Of a stretch of 64,000 bases of DNA, positions 1 to 14,092 are shown piece by piece. This DNA is from Octopus vulgaris (Eukaryota): positions 3,348,001-3,412,000 of the forward strand of contig OX597842.1 of NCBI GenBank assembly GCA_951406725.2, given 5' to 3'. Positions within the stretch are counted from its first letter, which is position 1, and every line of letters begins with the position of its first letter. The position numbers were made by a program, and so were the translations under genes. The notes below the pieces were generated by a model. That model made no database searches. It saw only the letters and a program-made list of their open reading frames with translations, and had not been told where the DNA came from.

Positions 1-107
1 ACATATAAGTATGTATATGTATGTATATGTATATCCTAAACACTGACTATTTCTCTACATACATACGCACTCATAAAATCAGGTATGTCTAAGTGTAAAC
101 TTAAACG

Positions 108-152
<45 letters not shown>

Positions 153-423
153 TGTATGTATACGCATGCGTATACGCGCAGCCATTTGGCTGTTTATAGT
201 TAATGATTTAAGGAGTTTTGTATGTTTTATAAATTCCAACAAAATTCCGACAATGCTGATACATCAAAGAAGTCACTAATTGATGTATATAATATATGTT
301 TATGTGATGGTTTGTGGGTAGCGGTTGTTGCGGATTGCGCCCATTAGATCGTGTGTGTTTGGAGTAGGTATGTGTGTCTGTGTGATGTGAGAGAGGAATT
401 TGTGCCTATATTTATATGAAGAT

Positions 424-461
<38 letters not shown>

Positions 462-683
462 GGTGCAGGAATGGCTGTGTGGTAAGTAGCTTGCTTACCA
501 GCCACATGGTTCCGGGTTCAGTCCTACTGCGTGGCACCTTGGTCAAGTGTCTTCTACTATAGCCTCGGGCAGACCAAAGCCTTGTGAGTGGATTTGGTAG
601 GATTTGGTAGACGGAAACTAAAAGAAGTCGTCGTATATATGTACATGTATATATATGTGTGTGTATGTCTGTGTTTGTCCCCG

Positions 684-780
<97 letters not shown>

Positions 781-971
781 CTGTGCTTGACAACCGATGC
801 TGGTATGTTTACGTCTCCGAAACTTAGCGGTTCGGCATAAGAAACCGATAGAATAAGTCCTATGCTTACAAAGAATAAGTCATTGGGTCAATTTACTCGA
901 CTAAAGGCGGTGCTCCAGCGGCCGCATTCAAATGACTGAAATAAGTAAAAGAGTAAAAGAGTGTAAAAGAG
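462..971 (+). mobile_element. tRNA-derived CORE-type SINE, family A (full length)
   Basis: tRNA-like head (TGGCTGTGTGGTAAG A-box, GGTTCAGTCC B-box), CORE-like GTGGCACCTTGG.CAAGTG, internal (TA)n(TG)n tract, tail GGCGGTGCTCCAGC...GACTGAAA and (GTAAAAGA)n end; about 20 copies in window. Confidence 0.88.
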
Positions 972-984
972 TATACATACATAA

Positions 985-1027
<43 letters not shown>

Positions 1028-1059
1028 GTATGTATATATATGTGTGTGTGTATGTGTGT

Positions 1060-1098
<39 letters not shown>

Positions 1099-1123
1099 CA
1101 TACATATATACATACATATATAC

Positions 1124-1188
<65 letters not shown>

Positions 1189-1189
<1 letters not shown>

Positions 1190-2415
1190 CGTGGGGCAGA
1201 GAGGACGGAGGTTTTTGAAATGACTATTACTCAACCCCAGGGAGAGGTACATATGGCCGACTGGTTCCATTCAGTCTGTGGTGTCTTAGCATCTTTTTTC
1301 TTTTCAGGTGAAGCCATGGCGCTGTGGACGAAAGAGCATCGCGTTTTTGTCTATGACAGTTATATGAAGTATAACAAGTTTGTCACGGCAGTTCAGCGTG
1401 AGTTTGGTGCCACTTCAACATTCACCGAAATGAGGCTCTTCCCACCCGTAACACCATCTTACGTTGAGTGAATGCACTTCGTACACGAGGTTCACTAATG
1501 AATAGGAGACCAGTGGGGGCGCCACGAACGGTACGGACCACGGAAAATATGGAACGCTTCAGACAAGGTTTGATACGGAATCCGAATCGCTATGCTCAGA
1601 GGCATTCTACTGAACCTGGAATCGGTAATCGATCAGTAAGGCGTATTTTGCATGAAGACCTGTATTTCCACCCGTACAAATTGGTCACTGGGCAACAATT
1701 GAAACCATGGGAATATGGACAGTAGTTTAACTTCGCACGTCAGATGGAAGCAGTTTTTGAGGCAAATGACCACCTCGTTTTGTTAGTAAGTGATGAAGCT
1801 CATTTTTGTTTCAGTGGCATGATGAGTCAGCAAAACTGTCGTTATTGGGCTCTTGAAAATCCGAGAGAACTGCACGAAGAACCACCGCACAACCCCAAAA
1901 CTGTTCCTTACTTTTTTGAAGACAATAATGGAAATGCTGTTACTGTGAACTCCATGCGTTACATTGAGATGATAAACAACTTCTTTGTGCTTGAATTGCG
2001 ACGAAAACGTATGCCTATTCGACGTATGTGGTTTCAGCGGGATGGGGGAACGGCCCACACGGCCGGAGCATCAATGGACGTTCTTCGCCCTCTCTTCCTT
2101 GACCGCCTCATTTCCAGGTTCGCTGACATTCCTTGGCCCCTTCAGTCCCCAGATTTTATCCATGTGTGATTATTCTGTTGTGGAGAAACCTCAAGGCACG
2201 TGTGTATGCGCATAAGCCCCGTAAACTGGACGATTTGAAGGAAGCTATTCGCGTGGGAGTCACCCAAATTGACGGAGCAATGCTGAAGAGAGTGGAGGCC
2301 AACTTCCAAGAGCGCCTTAAGAAATGTATGATTCAAATCGGATACGACATGATGGATGTTGTTTTCCACACTTAATTTTGACAAAAGAATAAAAGTTCTC
2401 TTCCTCTCTTCACTG
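1189..2415 (+). mobile_element. Tc1/mariner-superfamily DNA transposon, DD41D (rosa/Visitor-like), decayed
   Basis: Encloses transposase pseudogene; degenerate TIRs (GCGTGGGGCAGAGAGG vs CTTCCTCTCTTCACTG) flanked by TA. Confidence 0.8.
1316..2375 (+). pseudogene. DD41D transposase pseudogene
   Basis: ORF pieces 1220-1471, 1468-1725, 1744-2169, 2133-2375 give MALWTKEHR, HPYKL, SDEAHF, QNCRYW, WFQRDGGTAHT, WPLQSPD/LSMCD; 41 residues between 2nd and 3rd Asp after repairing a frameshift near 2152; several stops/frameshifts. Confidence 0.88.
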
Positions 2416-2431
2416 TATGTATACATATAAA

Positions 2432-2625
2432 GTTAATCCAAACATGAAAACACAAAGAGAAAACACAACAACGCGAGGACGTGGAACAAATATAGTATTA
2501 TTGGACGCTCAGGAAAGAAGGAGGGTTTAACGTTTCGAGCGGAGCTCTTCATTAGAAACATAGGAAAGGGAAAGATCCAAGGAAGGGAAGACGGAGGAAA
2601 AAAATCGCCAACGGTACACACGCGG

Positions 2626-2630
<5 letters not shown>
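2432..2630 (-). mobile_element. Short hammerhead-bearing element family C (Penelope-like derived)
   Basis: About 200 bp, similar to 3124-3326 and 6615-6809; minus strand GTTT-CTAATGA-A-GAGC-TCC-GCTC-GAAA-CGTT-AAAC at 2525-2559. Confidence 0.7.
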
Positions 2631-2700
<70 letters not shown>

Positions 2701-3123
2701 AACATACACACATATATACATGCATGTATTTGTGTGTGTGTGTATGTGTGCACGCCAACTGCGTCAAAATAAATGATGAGATGGTCATAACTGGAATATC
2801 TTTGACCATAGATCTCTCTGGATCAAGACTGACCTAGGGCTAAACAACAACACCAAAAATCATAACCACTAATATTAACCGCTCTACTATATGTTAGATT
2901 ATGTTGTCCTAGATACATTATGTCTGAATAAAAGACTGGATGGTCACAGGCACAACCACACACACATACACACACATGCTATCATTACACACACACAGAC
3001 AGACACACACAGACCTGCGCGCAGGCACATACCCACACATAAACACACATACCTCCTTCTCTTACACTCTCCTGTCTTTGAAAGAACTTTTTCTTCACCC
3101 ATTCCCTTCTGGTCATTTCAATA

Positions 3124-3324
3124 TGTGACCGCGTATGTATCGTTGGCGATTTTTTCCTCCGTCTTCCCTTCCTTGGATCTTTCCTTTTCCTATGTTTCTG
3201 ACAAAGAGCTCTGCTCGAAACGTTAAATCCTCCTTCTTTCTTTCCTTTTCTGAGCATCCAATAACACTATATTTGTTCCACGTCCTCGCGTTGTTGTGAT
3301 TTCTCTTTGTTCATGTTTGGATTA

Positions 3325-3326
<2 letters not shown>
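3124..3326 (+). mobile_element. Short hammerhead-bearing element family C
   Basis: Inverted copy of 2432-2630; GTTT-CTGACAA-A-GAGC-TCT-GCTC-GAAA-CGTT-AAAT at 3194-3228; followed by (TA)n. Confidence 0.7.
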
Positions 3327-3400
<74 letters not shown>

Positions 3401-3411
3401 GTGAAAAAAAA

Positions 3412-3665
3412 AAAACAAAAGACGAAGACGGGTGTGTAAACAATAAACATGTATTAGTTTAACGCTCGAGAAACTGAGAAAGTCTTTTATGTTTCGAGCC
3501 TACGCTCTTCGGCAGAAAAGAACAGAGAAATAAACAGGGGAAGAAAATTAAAACCTAAAAAAGATTTAGTGACCAGCAATCTATCATATCGAATGCCGGA
3601 CAGAGGGTTTACACAGGAGAGCAAGGAAGAAAGGGAGATAATAAAGTAGTGGTGATCCCGAAACG
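3412..3665 (-). mobile_element. Short hammerhead-like element family D
   Basis: Homologous to 47565-47735, 53150-53302, 58330-58500; minus strand CTGCCGA-A-GAGC-GTAG-GCTC-GAAA-CATA at 3484-3520. Confidence 0.65.
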
Positions 3666-3679
3666 AAAGAAATATGGAA

Positions 3680-4170
3680 ACATGATTTCTTCATAAGCGG
3701 AGCATCAACAAAGAAATATATGGCTAAATGAGTCCTTCATTATATTGTGATACGTGATACCTTCATCAGCGGATCATCAAGAAATATACGGATATGTGAC
3801 ACCTCTATCAGCAGAATATCGTGAAAGAATTATATGAATATGAGATACCGCCATCAGTGGAATATGTATGTGATGCCTCTATCAGTAGAAATTCAGAAAA
3901 AATATATATATGCTTAATGCCTTCATCAGCGGAATATCAAGAAAATAATACGTCTTCATGCAACGTTTTTCAGTGGAACTTCAGCAAAAAATACATGGAT
4001 ACCTGACACCACTATTAGTGATACATCAGCAATATATGCATGCATACGTGATACCTCGACTTGAAAATACCAAAAAAAACAAAAAACTATACAGACATGT
4101 GATAACTTCATCAGCGGAACATCAACAAATATTATATGAATAAGTTATACCTCTATCATCGAAACATCTA
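3680..4170. repeat. Diverged minisatellite, about 42-46 bp unit
   Basis: About 10 decayed units of GTGATACCTTCATCAGCGGAACATCAAGAAATATATGGATA. Confidence 0.75.
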
Positions 4171-5581
4171 AGGGATTCGTATGAGGATTTTATTGTGTAT
4201 ATAGAACTTTAATAAATTGGTAGGAAATACAAATATAAACTATAAGAATTTCAATGAATCGATAAAAATGATGTTAACAAACAAATTTATCTAAAGATAA
4301 TTTATAGAAATTATTTTATTTTTCAGATTTTTCAAATTACAAACTCAGTAATTGAATTATTGTGTTTGATCGTTCTTTTGTATGAATATACCGTATGTTC
4401 ACAGTTTAAATGAAATTTTCCCAATATATTTGATAACGGAATGTGCATGCGTGTCACTGTGTGTGGGTGTGTGTGTGTATGAGTTTTTAGTATTATTTTG
4501 CATTATTTGGTCTTCTGCGTGGAATACCAAGCATAAATATTTAATTCTCGCCATTTTTTATCCATTATATAAAACGTAACATTGTAGTTGAAATATATGT
4601 ATTGAATATGTAAATTACTCAGACGCACACCACCCATACATACACACACATATATATAAATTCAAATGTGAGTGTATGTGGTTATGTATGTTTGCTTAAC
4701 TCAAAAAGGCTCTGAAACGGTGCATCTTCGAGAAAAATGAATTTGATTTTCAAATTCTGCGTCTCACAGACAATGTCGATCGTAAATCATGATAAAAAAA
4801 TATTATTTGTTACAAGAAATAACTCAACTTTTATCTGTCATCCAACTATCTTTCTCTAATAGATTTCCCGTTCTTTCTGACACTCTCTTTGTTTATGTAT
4901 TAACTCTAACGCATTGCTTTTTTTTTTTTTTTTTGTTTAACACCTCGTCTTCTAAAGTTTACATTCGTTTTATCACAGCTATCACACACAAAAGAGTTGT
5001 TCTCTGATTGGGTTAAAATGAGCAAATTTTAAACCCCGTAACATTTTTCTGAAATTTCCTCTGGGATAAATTAATTACAAAATCGGATTATTCGTGTAAA
5101 AGTACAACAATATACCAAAATTGAAAATGTTCACTTAATTTTAAAATTTCAAAATCTGTGACTCTGACAGAAAAGATCTCTTTCTCCCTCTTTCTTTTAA
5201 TTTCTAATGGTAAATTTCTTACTCTCTAAAAGTATATCGCACACACTGAATGTGAGTGTGTTTGTCAATCTGTGTGTACATATGTGTATAAGGAATTTCA
5301 TTAGGGCGACATTTTCAAGTACGTATGGCAAAAAAAAAAAGGCCGAAAGCGGTCCTGAGTGGGGGAGGGAATTTGAAAAAAATCAAAAAATTTCAATTTT
5401 CTTTTTTCTCTTTTCTGAAATGGCGTCTCCCCATCATTTGCAAGGATATGGTGATAAAAAAAAAAAGATTTAAAAATCCCCGTAAGAACGGAGAAAATCT
5501 AACTTACGTGGGCGAAATTCCGAAAATCCGACGAAGCATTCTATTGTGAAAAGAGAACAGCAATGACAGGGCATTCGTTTA

Positions 5582-5790
5582 TTCTTGTATATGTTTCAGT
5601 CACTTTTTTGCAGTCATGCTGGAGCACCACCTTAAAGGGTTTTAGTCAAAGAAATCAACCCAAGGACTTATTCTTTGTAAGCCTAGTACTTATTTTATCG
5701 GTGTCTTTTCCCGAACCACTAAGTTACGGGGACTTAAACACACCAGTATCGGTTGTCAAGCGATGTCGGGGTGACAAACACAGACACACA
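5582..5790 (-). mobile_element. SINE family A, 3' half
   Basis: Reverse complement of family A tail region. Confidence 0.8.
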
Positions 5791-5842
5791 CACATAAATA
5801 CGAGCGCGCGCGCGTACACACACACGCACAAGCACACTCGAA

Positions 5843-6227
5843 GCCACCATTCCTCGCCATCGCCTCCGCTGGGTGGGTCACGTCCAGCGTATGGAGCCCT
5901 CTCGTCTTCCAAGGATCATGCTCTACGGAGAACTTGCAAACGGAGTAAGATCCAGAGGAGGTCTGAAATTCCGTTTTAAAGACCAGCTCAAACGGCCCTC
6001 GGCCATGCTAACACCCAGCCATCCACATGGGAACAGATTGCCATGGATAAGACAACAGAATCAGGAGGCAAATGCGAGAGTAGAAAGGAGTGTCTTCAAC
6101 ATCCTCGACCTGCACCGACCATTCCTTACGAGTTCTGCGCACGACTCTTTTACCACCGACTTCGACTCCAAAGTCACTTTCGAAACAAATATCAGCCGAG
6201 GAGACTGGATGGAAACTGACGAACCCA

Positions 6228-6230
<3 letters not shown>
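5843..6230 (+). mobile_element. RTE-clade LINE 3' fragment
   Basis: RLRWVGHVQRMEPSRLPRIMLYGELANGVRSRGGLKFRFKDQLK matches RTE ORF C-terminal motif. Confidence 0.8.
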
Positions 6231-6293
<63 letters not shown>

Positions 6294-6356
6294 TAAATAT
6301 ATATATGTAGGAAGAAATGGAGCTGAACGAAGATTTAACAAAATTCCTTTTTATTA

Positions 6357-6440
6357 TTTTCTACATATGTTTCAAAGGCTGCAAAGTCCCTAATTCGGAT
6401 TGAGTAAGGAGACCATTTTGCAGCCTTCTCTTCAGGAAAA
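6357..6440 (-). ncRNA. Type I hammerhead ribozyme motif, intact core
   Basis: Minus strand TTTTC-CTGAAGA-GAAGGCTGCAAA...TTTGCAGCCTTT-GAAA-CATATG-TA-GAAAA: 5-bp stem I, 12-bp stem II, palindromic helix III ACATATGT, GUA site; in an element 6308-6595 flanked by (TA)n. Confidence 0.8.
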
Positions 6441-6614
6441 TCCAGGAACTTAATTCTCCAACAAAATGCACATCAAGCTTTTCGACAAACGCTCGCGAGG
6501 AGCCCGTGATTTTTCTGTTGTGATTTTTGCTACCCAGGTATCGGTTATCATTTGAATAATCCGTAACAAGATAATTCATTTACCCATTTCAATAATATAT
6601 ATATATATATAAAA

Positions 6615-7145
<531 letters not shown>

Positions 7146-7530
7146 TATAAATTAATGATAAAATATCTCTTTACCTTCACCCATTTAGTACACTCGGTAA
7201 TGTAATTGCAATGCAATAAAAAACAGTTGTGCATTAATAATTGGGTATTCTACCAGCAGTATATTGGATAGATATTATCCTTTAGTTGGTTGGATTCACA
7301 ACCTCCAACTTTCTTGGAATGTATATATATATATATAAGTGTAAAAAATTGATATGAATTAGATTAATATCAATTTAACCCAGTGGCCTAGCATATTGAA
7401 AACATCTGAAGATTCAGAAAATTATATTTGCCGAATTTTCTTGAGAACATTTTTTTTCTTAGTGGTCAGACCATATGGGGTCTACATTTAGCATATTAGG
7501 AGTCCACCTAGAGGTCATTCATCTTATATG

Positions 7531-7596
<66 letters not shown>

Positions 7597-8195
7597 TACA
7601 AATACATGGAATGGAGTAGGTAAGATCCGGGCTACATATGTTCATGGCGAGCGGAAAATGGGAAGATGTAAATATCCAAGCGAGGTGTCTACTACAGGCT
7701 ACCCGGCAGGTAAGGGTATCCTGATTGGATGAAAGTTTACAGCGTCGCAAGGAGGTACATATTAACAGATGGAAGATTCGATCTGAATGTGCGGAGAGCA
7801 CAACAGGATGGGAGAATATAAATGTTCTTTTTCTTCTTCTTCTTTTTCTTCTTCTCCTCCCTTCCTCCTCTTCCCCCTTTTTATACGCACATGTTCTTGT
7901 ATTCTTTTTATGTATTTCTCCCTCTTCTGTGTATATTTTTATATGTTTATACTTGCAAGAATTATTTTATTTATTTATTTTATTTTTTTTTCTATTTAAG
8001 CAACCAGTAAAACCTACATTTTTCAGTTTGAAAACGGCTATTTGAAGCTTGAAACTCATAACATTATTATTGAAATAAAAATTATCCCCCCAAAAAAGCC
8101 ATCTCAACACATTTATATGCATATATTTTTGTTTTACTTTTATATAACAAATTAGTTTGTGTGTGTGTCTGTTTGTGTGTGTGTGTGTGTATGTG

Positions 8196-8377
8196 TGTGT
8201 CTGTGTTTATCCCCCAACATCGCTTGACAATCAATGCTGGTGTGTTTACGTCCCCGTAACTTAGCAGTTCGGCAAAAGATATAGCTAGAAAAAGTACTAG
8301 GCTTACTTGCTCGACTAAAGGGAGTGCTCCAGCATGGCTGCAGTCAGATGACTGAAACAAGTAAAAGAATAAAAGAA
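8196..8377 (+). mobile_element. SINE family A, 3' half
   Basis: Matches family A from TGTGTTT.TCCCC to GACTGAAACAAGTAAAAGA. Confidence 0.8.
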
Positions 8378-8384
8378 TATATAT

Positions 8385-8444
<60 letters not shown>

Positions 8445-8837
8445 GTATACATATAGTGATACTGTTGTACATAAGGTAAATGTAGTTTCTTTATTGTAGT
8501 TTATTGAATAATGTTAGTGACTAATCCTTCTTAGAATTAAGATTGAATGAATGTGGTGATACCTATAGTTATGTTTGTTTCCAAGCAACACTTATTTTAG
8601 TGCTGTTGACACTACCGGATTGAATGGTACTGTCCAGGTGTCGAAACCATAGTGATATCCGTGGGGCAGCTGATGATGGAGGTGTGTTGGAATGGTAGTA
8701 TAGCTGTTATTGTATGTGCGGAATAGTTTTGTAACACATCCATTTGATATATATATACATATATACATATATACATATATATATATATAATATAAGTAAT
8801 ATATAAATATATTCATATATACATACATGTACATACC

Positions 8838-8890
<53 letters not shown>

Positions 8891-9484
8891 GCATATATGG
8901 GTACAGGACATCCAAAAAACCTGAAACACAATGAGAAACGAAAACATAAAAACAAAAACTTGGAAACGACGAAAAAAGACATACAACACAAGGAATAATC
9001 CCCTTCTTCAGTTCTCCCTGTTTCATCTACTCCGCGTTTTCGAAGGTAATATATATATATATATATATATATAGATAGATCCCCTTGGAGTAAGCATCCT
9101 GTCCAGCAGAGCAAAAAAAAATTTTATTCTCCTATCCTCTTCCCTCTCCCTTCCCCTCTTTTTCTTTAGCACTATTTTCAAATACAAAAACGCACACACA
9201 CGCACACACACACACACACACACATGCTCTCTCTCTCTCCCTTTCTCCTCATCCATCACCCTCTTGTACTGTCTTACATCCCTCCCCACCACTACAAACT
9301 CAATACCACTATAAAATGGTCAAAACTTTTCATACAGGAACTTAGTTCCATTTGAAAACCCCACTAGAATGGGAGAAAGCGCTAATACATGATCTAAGTT
9401 ATATGATGTATAAAAAATGTAATATACAAATAAATATCTGTAAATATAAAACAATCTGAATTTCTGAGTACCTCTTTTCTTCTA

Positions 9485-9596
<112 letters not shown>

Positions 9597-10157
9597 CATG
9601 TATGTATGTATGTATGTATGTATGTATGTATGTATGTATGTACTTCTTCGAACTTCAAGCCTTAAAATAAACGTATAATATAGGGGATTATAAGGACAGA
9701 CAACGTTGTGTATGTACTCAATATGGAGCTTGATTATTATTTTTGTCGGTTTAATTGTAGTCAAGTGTTGTGCATTGTTGCCCTAAACCTCATATTTGTA
9801 ACTATTTTATTGCGCTCTCTTACGAAATACTTTGCGCAAAAGAAATATTTTCGTTACAATTGTAAAGTATTTATTCCGATAATTGATGTAGTGTGTGTAT
9901 GTGTATGGGTATATATGTTTACATAATATATATCTCTCTATTTTATATATATATATATATAGAAAGAGAGAGAGAGGAGGAAGAGGAGAGACAGAGGGAG
10001 AGAGAGGAGGAAAGAGAATAAGGGAGACAGTGTATATATAATTAATTATATTTATAACTTTATATATAATATGTGTATAATATATATGTCTATATATGTA
10101 TATATATGCATATATCCATATATATATAAGCATATATATATGTATATATTTATGTAC

Positions 10158-10311
<154 letters not shown>

Positions 10312-11106
10312 TCACACATACATATACATGCTTACTTACGCACATATCTGAAAACAATACAAAGAGCATGAGATGAAAAAGTGTAAAAGGTGATGAAATA
10401 AGAGAAGAAGAAGAAGAAGAAGAAGAAGAAGAAGAAGAAGAAGAAGAAGAAGAAGAACAACAACAACAACAACAACAACAGTAGTAGCAACACAAACAAC
10501 AGCACGTTTGAGAGGAACAAAAAATTGAAAAAAGCGAGTAAATGCTAGAAGCAAATATATTTTCGGTGATTTGTTTTGTAAAGAGGAGAAAAAAATGAGA
10601 TGAATAAGTAAAAAAAAGAAAAAATAGAGCCGAGACCAACAAACAATTAGAGTAGCGTAACAAAAAATAAGGAATAACGAAAGAGCGTTAAAAAAAAAAA
10701 ACCTAGAAATTACCCGCCTCGCAAAAAAAAAATCGTTAAAAAAATGGGAGCGAAACGTAGAAAGACGTAAAAGCATTCTGGATAGGAATGTAATAGAATA
10801 AAAGAAAATAGGCAGCGAGAGGTGGTGGGTGTGGAGAAGGGGCTGAAGTAAAACAATGAACTATAGATGTAATATCAATAAAAACGATATCAGATACAAC
10901 AATAATAATAACAACGGCAATAGCGAGAACAATAACATCAATTACATTAAATAAATTTGTTACTAAACAATATATAAGAAGATACAAGGTCTTTTGTTTA
11001 ATATTTAGCACGAGTGTTTAGATGTATGTCTTACGATATATGTGTGTGTGCGTGTGTGTGTGTGTGTGTGCATGTGCGAGTGTATGTGTGCGTGTGTGTG
11101 TATTTA

Positions 11107-11206
<100 letters not shown>

Positions 11207-11225
11207 TATATACATACATATATAT

Positions 11226-11285
<60 letters not shown>

Positions 11286-11288
<3 letters not shown>

Positions 11289-11682
11289 TACTTGGAAATG
11301 GATGCGTGGCGTTCAATCAAATAATAATATGAGAGGCGCCACTGCATGGTGCCAAAGATCCCAACATCACCATCAAAATACAGGACCAGATACTGCAACA
11401 GCTTGGGTTTCAGGGGACAACATCTCATCAATATCCTTCCTAAATGCCTGAAAGACCTGCATGGTGTGGATGTGGGTTTCTTTAAAATTAAACTCGATCT
11501 CTTCTTGTCAGGGGTCCCAGATGAACCTACCTCTCGGCAGGAAACACAGATGCGAGCAGCGGCGTCGAACTCCCTTGTTGACCAATTGCCACGTATCAGA
11601 GGTAGTTTCACATACTAGTGTAGCTCATTCAACGGTGGTGCCCCAGCATGGCCGCAGCTTTCGGGCTAAAATATTTTAAAGG

Positions 11683-11686
<4 letters not shown>
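11286..11686 (+). mobile_element. CR1-group LINE 3' end (ORF2 C-terminus plus 3' UTR)
   Basis: [20 protein letters not shown]...FKIKLDLFLSGVPDEP...AAASNSLVDQ resembles CR1-group ORF2 end; 3' UTR ends in AAGGATTT. Confidence 0.72.
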
Positions 11687-11744
<58 letters not shown>

Positions 11745-11765
11745 GTATGTATGAATGTATGTATG

Positions 11766-11796
<31 letters not shown>

Positions 11797-11802
11797 ATAT
11801 TA

Positions 11803-12165
11803 TTTACGGCCCCGTCACTTAGCGGTTTGGCAAAAGAGACCGATAGAATAATTACTAGGCTTACAAAGAATAAGTCCTGGGGTCGATTTGCTCAACTAAA
11901 GGCGGTGCTCCAGCATGGCCACACTAAAATGACTTACACAAGTAAAAGAATGAAAGAATATATATATGTGTGTGTGTGTGTGCGTGTCTGTGTATATATT
12001 CTTTATTTCTTTCAGCCATTAGACAGCATCCATGCTGTGGCACTGCATTGATAATTTTAGCCGTATGAATCGACCCCAGTATTTGTTTCTACTTCTTTCT
12101 TCTTTTGCCAAACCGCTAAGTTACGGCGATGTGAATGCACAAATACCGATTGTCTAGCGGTGATT
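11803..12165. mobile_element. Two SINE family A 3' halves (11803-11958 plus, 12000-12165 minus)
   Basis: Sequence similarity to family A tail in opposite orientations. Confidence 0.72.
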
Positions 12166-12210
12166 GGACGCTTACAAAGGCTTACTCACATAAACACAAA
12201 CTCGCACGCA

Positions 12211-12241
<31 letters not shown>

Positions 12242-12255
12242 AACAGACACTCACT

Positions 12256-12337
<82 letters not shown>

Positions 12338-12832
12338 TGTATGTATGAAATGAAAAACAGACGATGGAATATACGAGAATATATTATTAATCACAACAAT
12401 TGTTTCGATACATCTAGCATTGACTCCTCTTGTGAGACACACAAAAAAACTGGTTCAGGGGTATCCGGTGGAGCAGACGTATCTCGTCGGGTGATAAGTA
12501 AATAAAAACAAATCTCATTAAAATGACTGTTCCATAACGCAACTTTGCGTTTTATAGAGAGAAAAACAGCCAGACGGAGGAAAATTCTTCATATATATAT
12601 AGAAGATCCAAAAATAAAATTACAGAAGACAAAAAGAGAAACGAAGACTTAATCCAGCGAGAAAAGTATATAGAAATAATACCATCACTTTATCGTGCTG
12701 GTATTGTATAAATCTCTCAGAGAGATTTAGAAATATATTATTTCTATTTTCAAAAATCAGTGAATGTATTTCACTTGAAATATATATGCTTTCAAAGATA
12801 GAAAAGCATCGACAGCTTGCAAGCCCTGCTAC

Positions 12833-12875
12833 TCCAGACTGATGATGAGCAATTACTCAGAAACTAGTCTCTGGA
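12833..12875 (+). ncRNA. Type I minimal hammerhead ribozyme, canonical
   Basis: TCCAGA-CTGATGA-TGAG-CAATTA-CTCA-GAAA-CTAG-TC-TCTGGA: 6-bp stem I, 4-bp stem II, palindromic helix III ACTAGT, GUC cleavage after 12869. Confidence 0.85.
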
Positions 12876-14092
12876 TGCTGGCTTTGGTAGGTGGAGTTGC
12901 TTATCTCCCTTTTGAAACAGAAGGACACAGGAAATGTGTCAAGGCCAACGGGAAATGCGTTTCCTAGGGCTATACATATACATACATATATATATTATAT
13001 TATATATTATAGTATATTATATTATATTATAGTGGTGTAGGCCGGTTTATTAGTTTACCCTGGGTTTCTCGCTCAAACCCCAAACACTGCACTAGCCTGA
13101 GAATTCTTTAAAATGATGAGGGGGAAAAGCCTCGTTTTTAAGGACCTTTAGAAATATATGTATGTGTGTATGTATGAATGTATTATGTATGTGTGTATAT
13201 ATATATATGTATGTGTGATATATATATATGGAAGGGTGTTAAGCGTTAAATGATGTTTAGCTTTTGACACTTTGGAAAATATCAAAGAATATGCCATACT
13301 TACAATAAATGCAAACCAAATACGAAAAGGAAATTTAGCTTTTTTGTCAAATTCCTTGGTGCTTCTATAAAATGGTGAAATGAATACTAATTTTCGAAGA
13401 AAAAATATTTATTACCTTAAAAATATAATTAAATAAAACCAATTTCTCATTTGCATAAATATTTCCTCCCTCTCCTCCTCCTCTCTCTTTATGATTCTTT
13501 CTCTCCACTCATCCTGCACCTCTTACCTCAAGTCGCTCTCTATCTATCTTTCACTCTCTCTCCACCTCTCTTTGTATGATGCATACCTATAACTACTCCC
13601 TCATCTCCTCTCCCTCTTCTCCACCTCCTTCCTTCTCCGCCCTCCTTCTCATCCCCTCTCCCTTTCCTCTCACTCTTTCCCTCACTCACCCTTCTTCCCC
13701 CCCCTTCCTTCTCCGTCCCACACCTCCCCTCATTCTCCTCCCTTAGCTTCTCCTCCTCTTCCATCCCACTCTCCCTCCGTCAATCTCTTCCCCTCTTTCT
13801 TTCCCCTCTCTTTCTCCTCTCTCTTCTCCCCTGTTTATATGATTCTTTCTCTCCACACATCCTCTTACGTTCATTCTCTCCATATCTCTCTACTCTCTCT
13901 CTCCCTTCCTCTCTCTCTCTCTCCCTTCCTCTCTCTCTCCACTTCTCTCTCCATACGACGTACTCGCATTCGTACTCTTATCCTTTCATTCCTCTCCTTT
14001 CCACTCCTCTTCTGCCGCCTCTTCGCCCTTTTTCCCACGATTGTTTCCACTCAATCTGCATCTCTTTTACTCTCTCTGCCTCTTTCGCTTTG

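Noticed and set aside
3680-4170. Tandem repeat carrying CTGATGAAG on the minus strand (possible hammerhead array or CRISPR-like repeat)
   Set aside because: No stem II-GAAA-UH follows the motif; there are no unique spacers or cas genes and the context is eukaryotic; treated as a minisatellite.
12391-12440. Minus-strand GAAACAATTGT palindrome like the degenerate motif at 46581-46625
   Set aside because: CUGANGA core missing; only a decayed relic, not called as a ribozyme.
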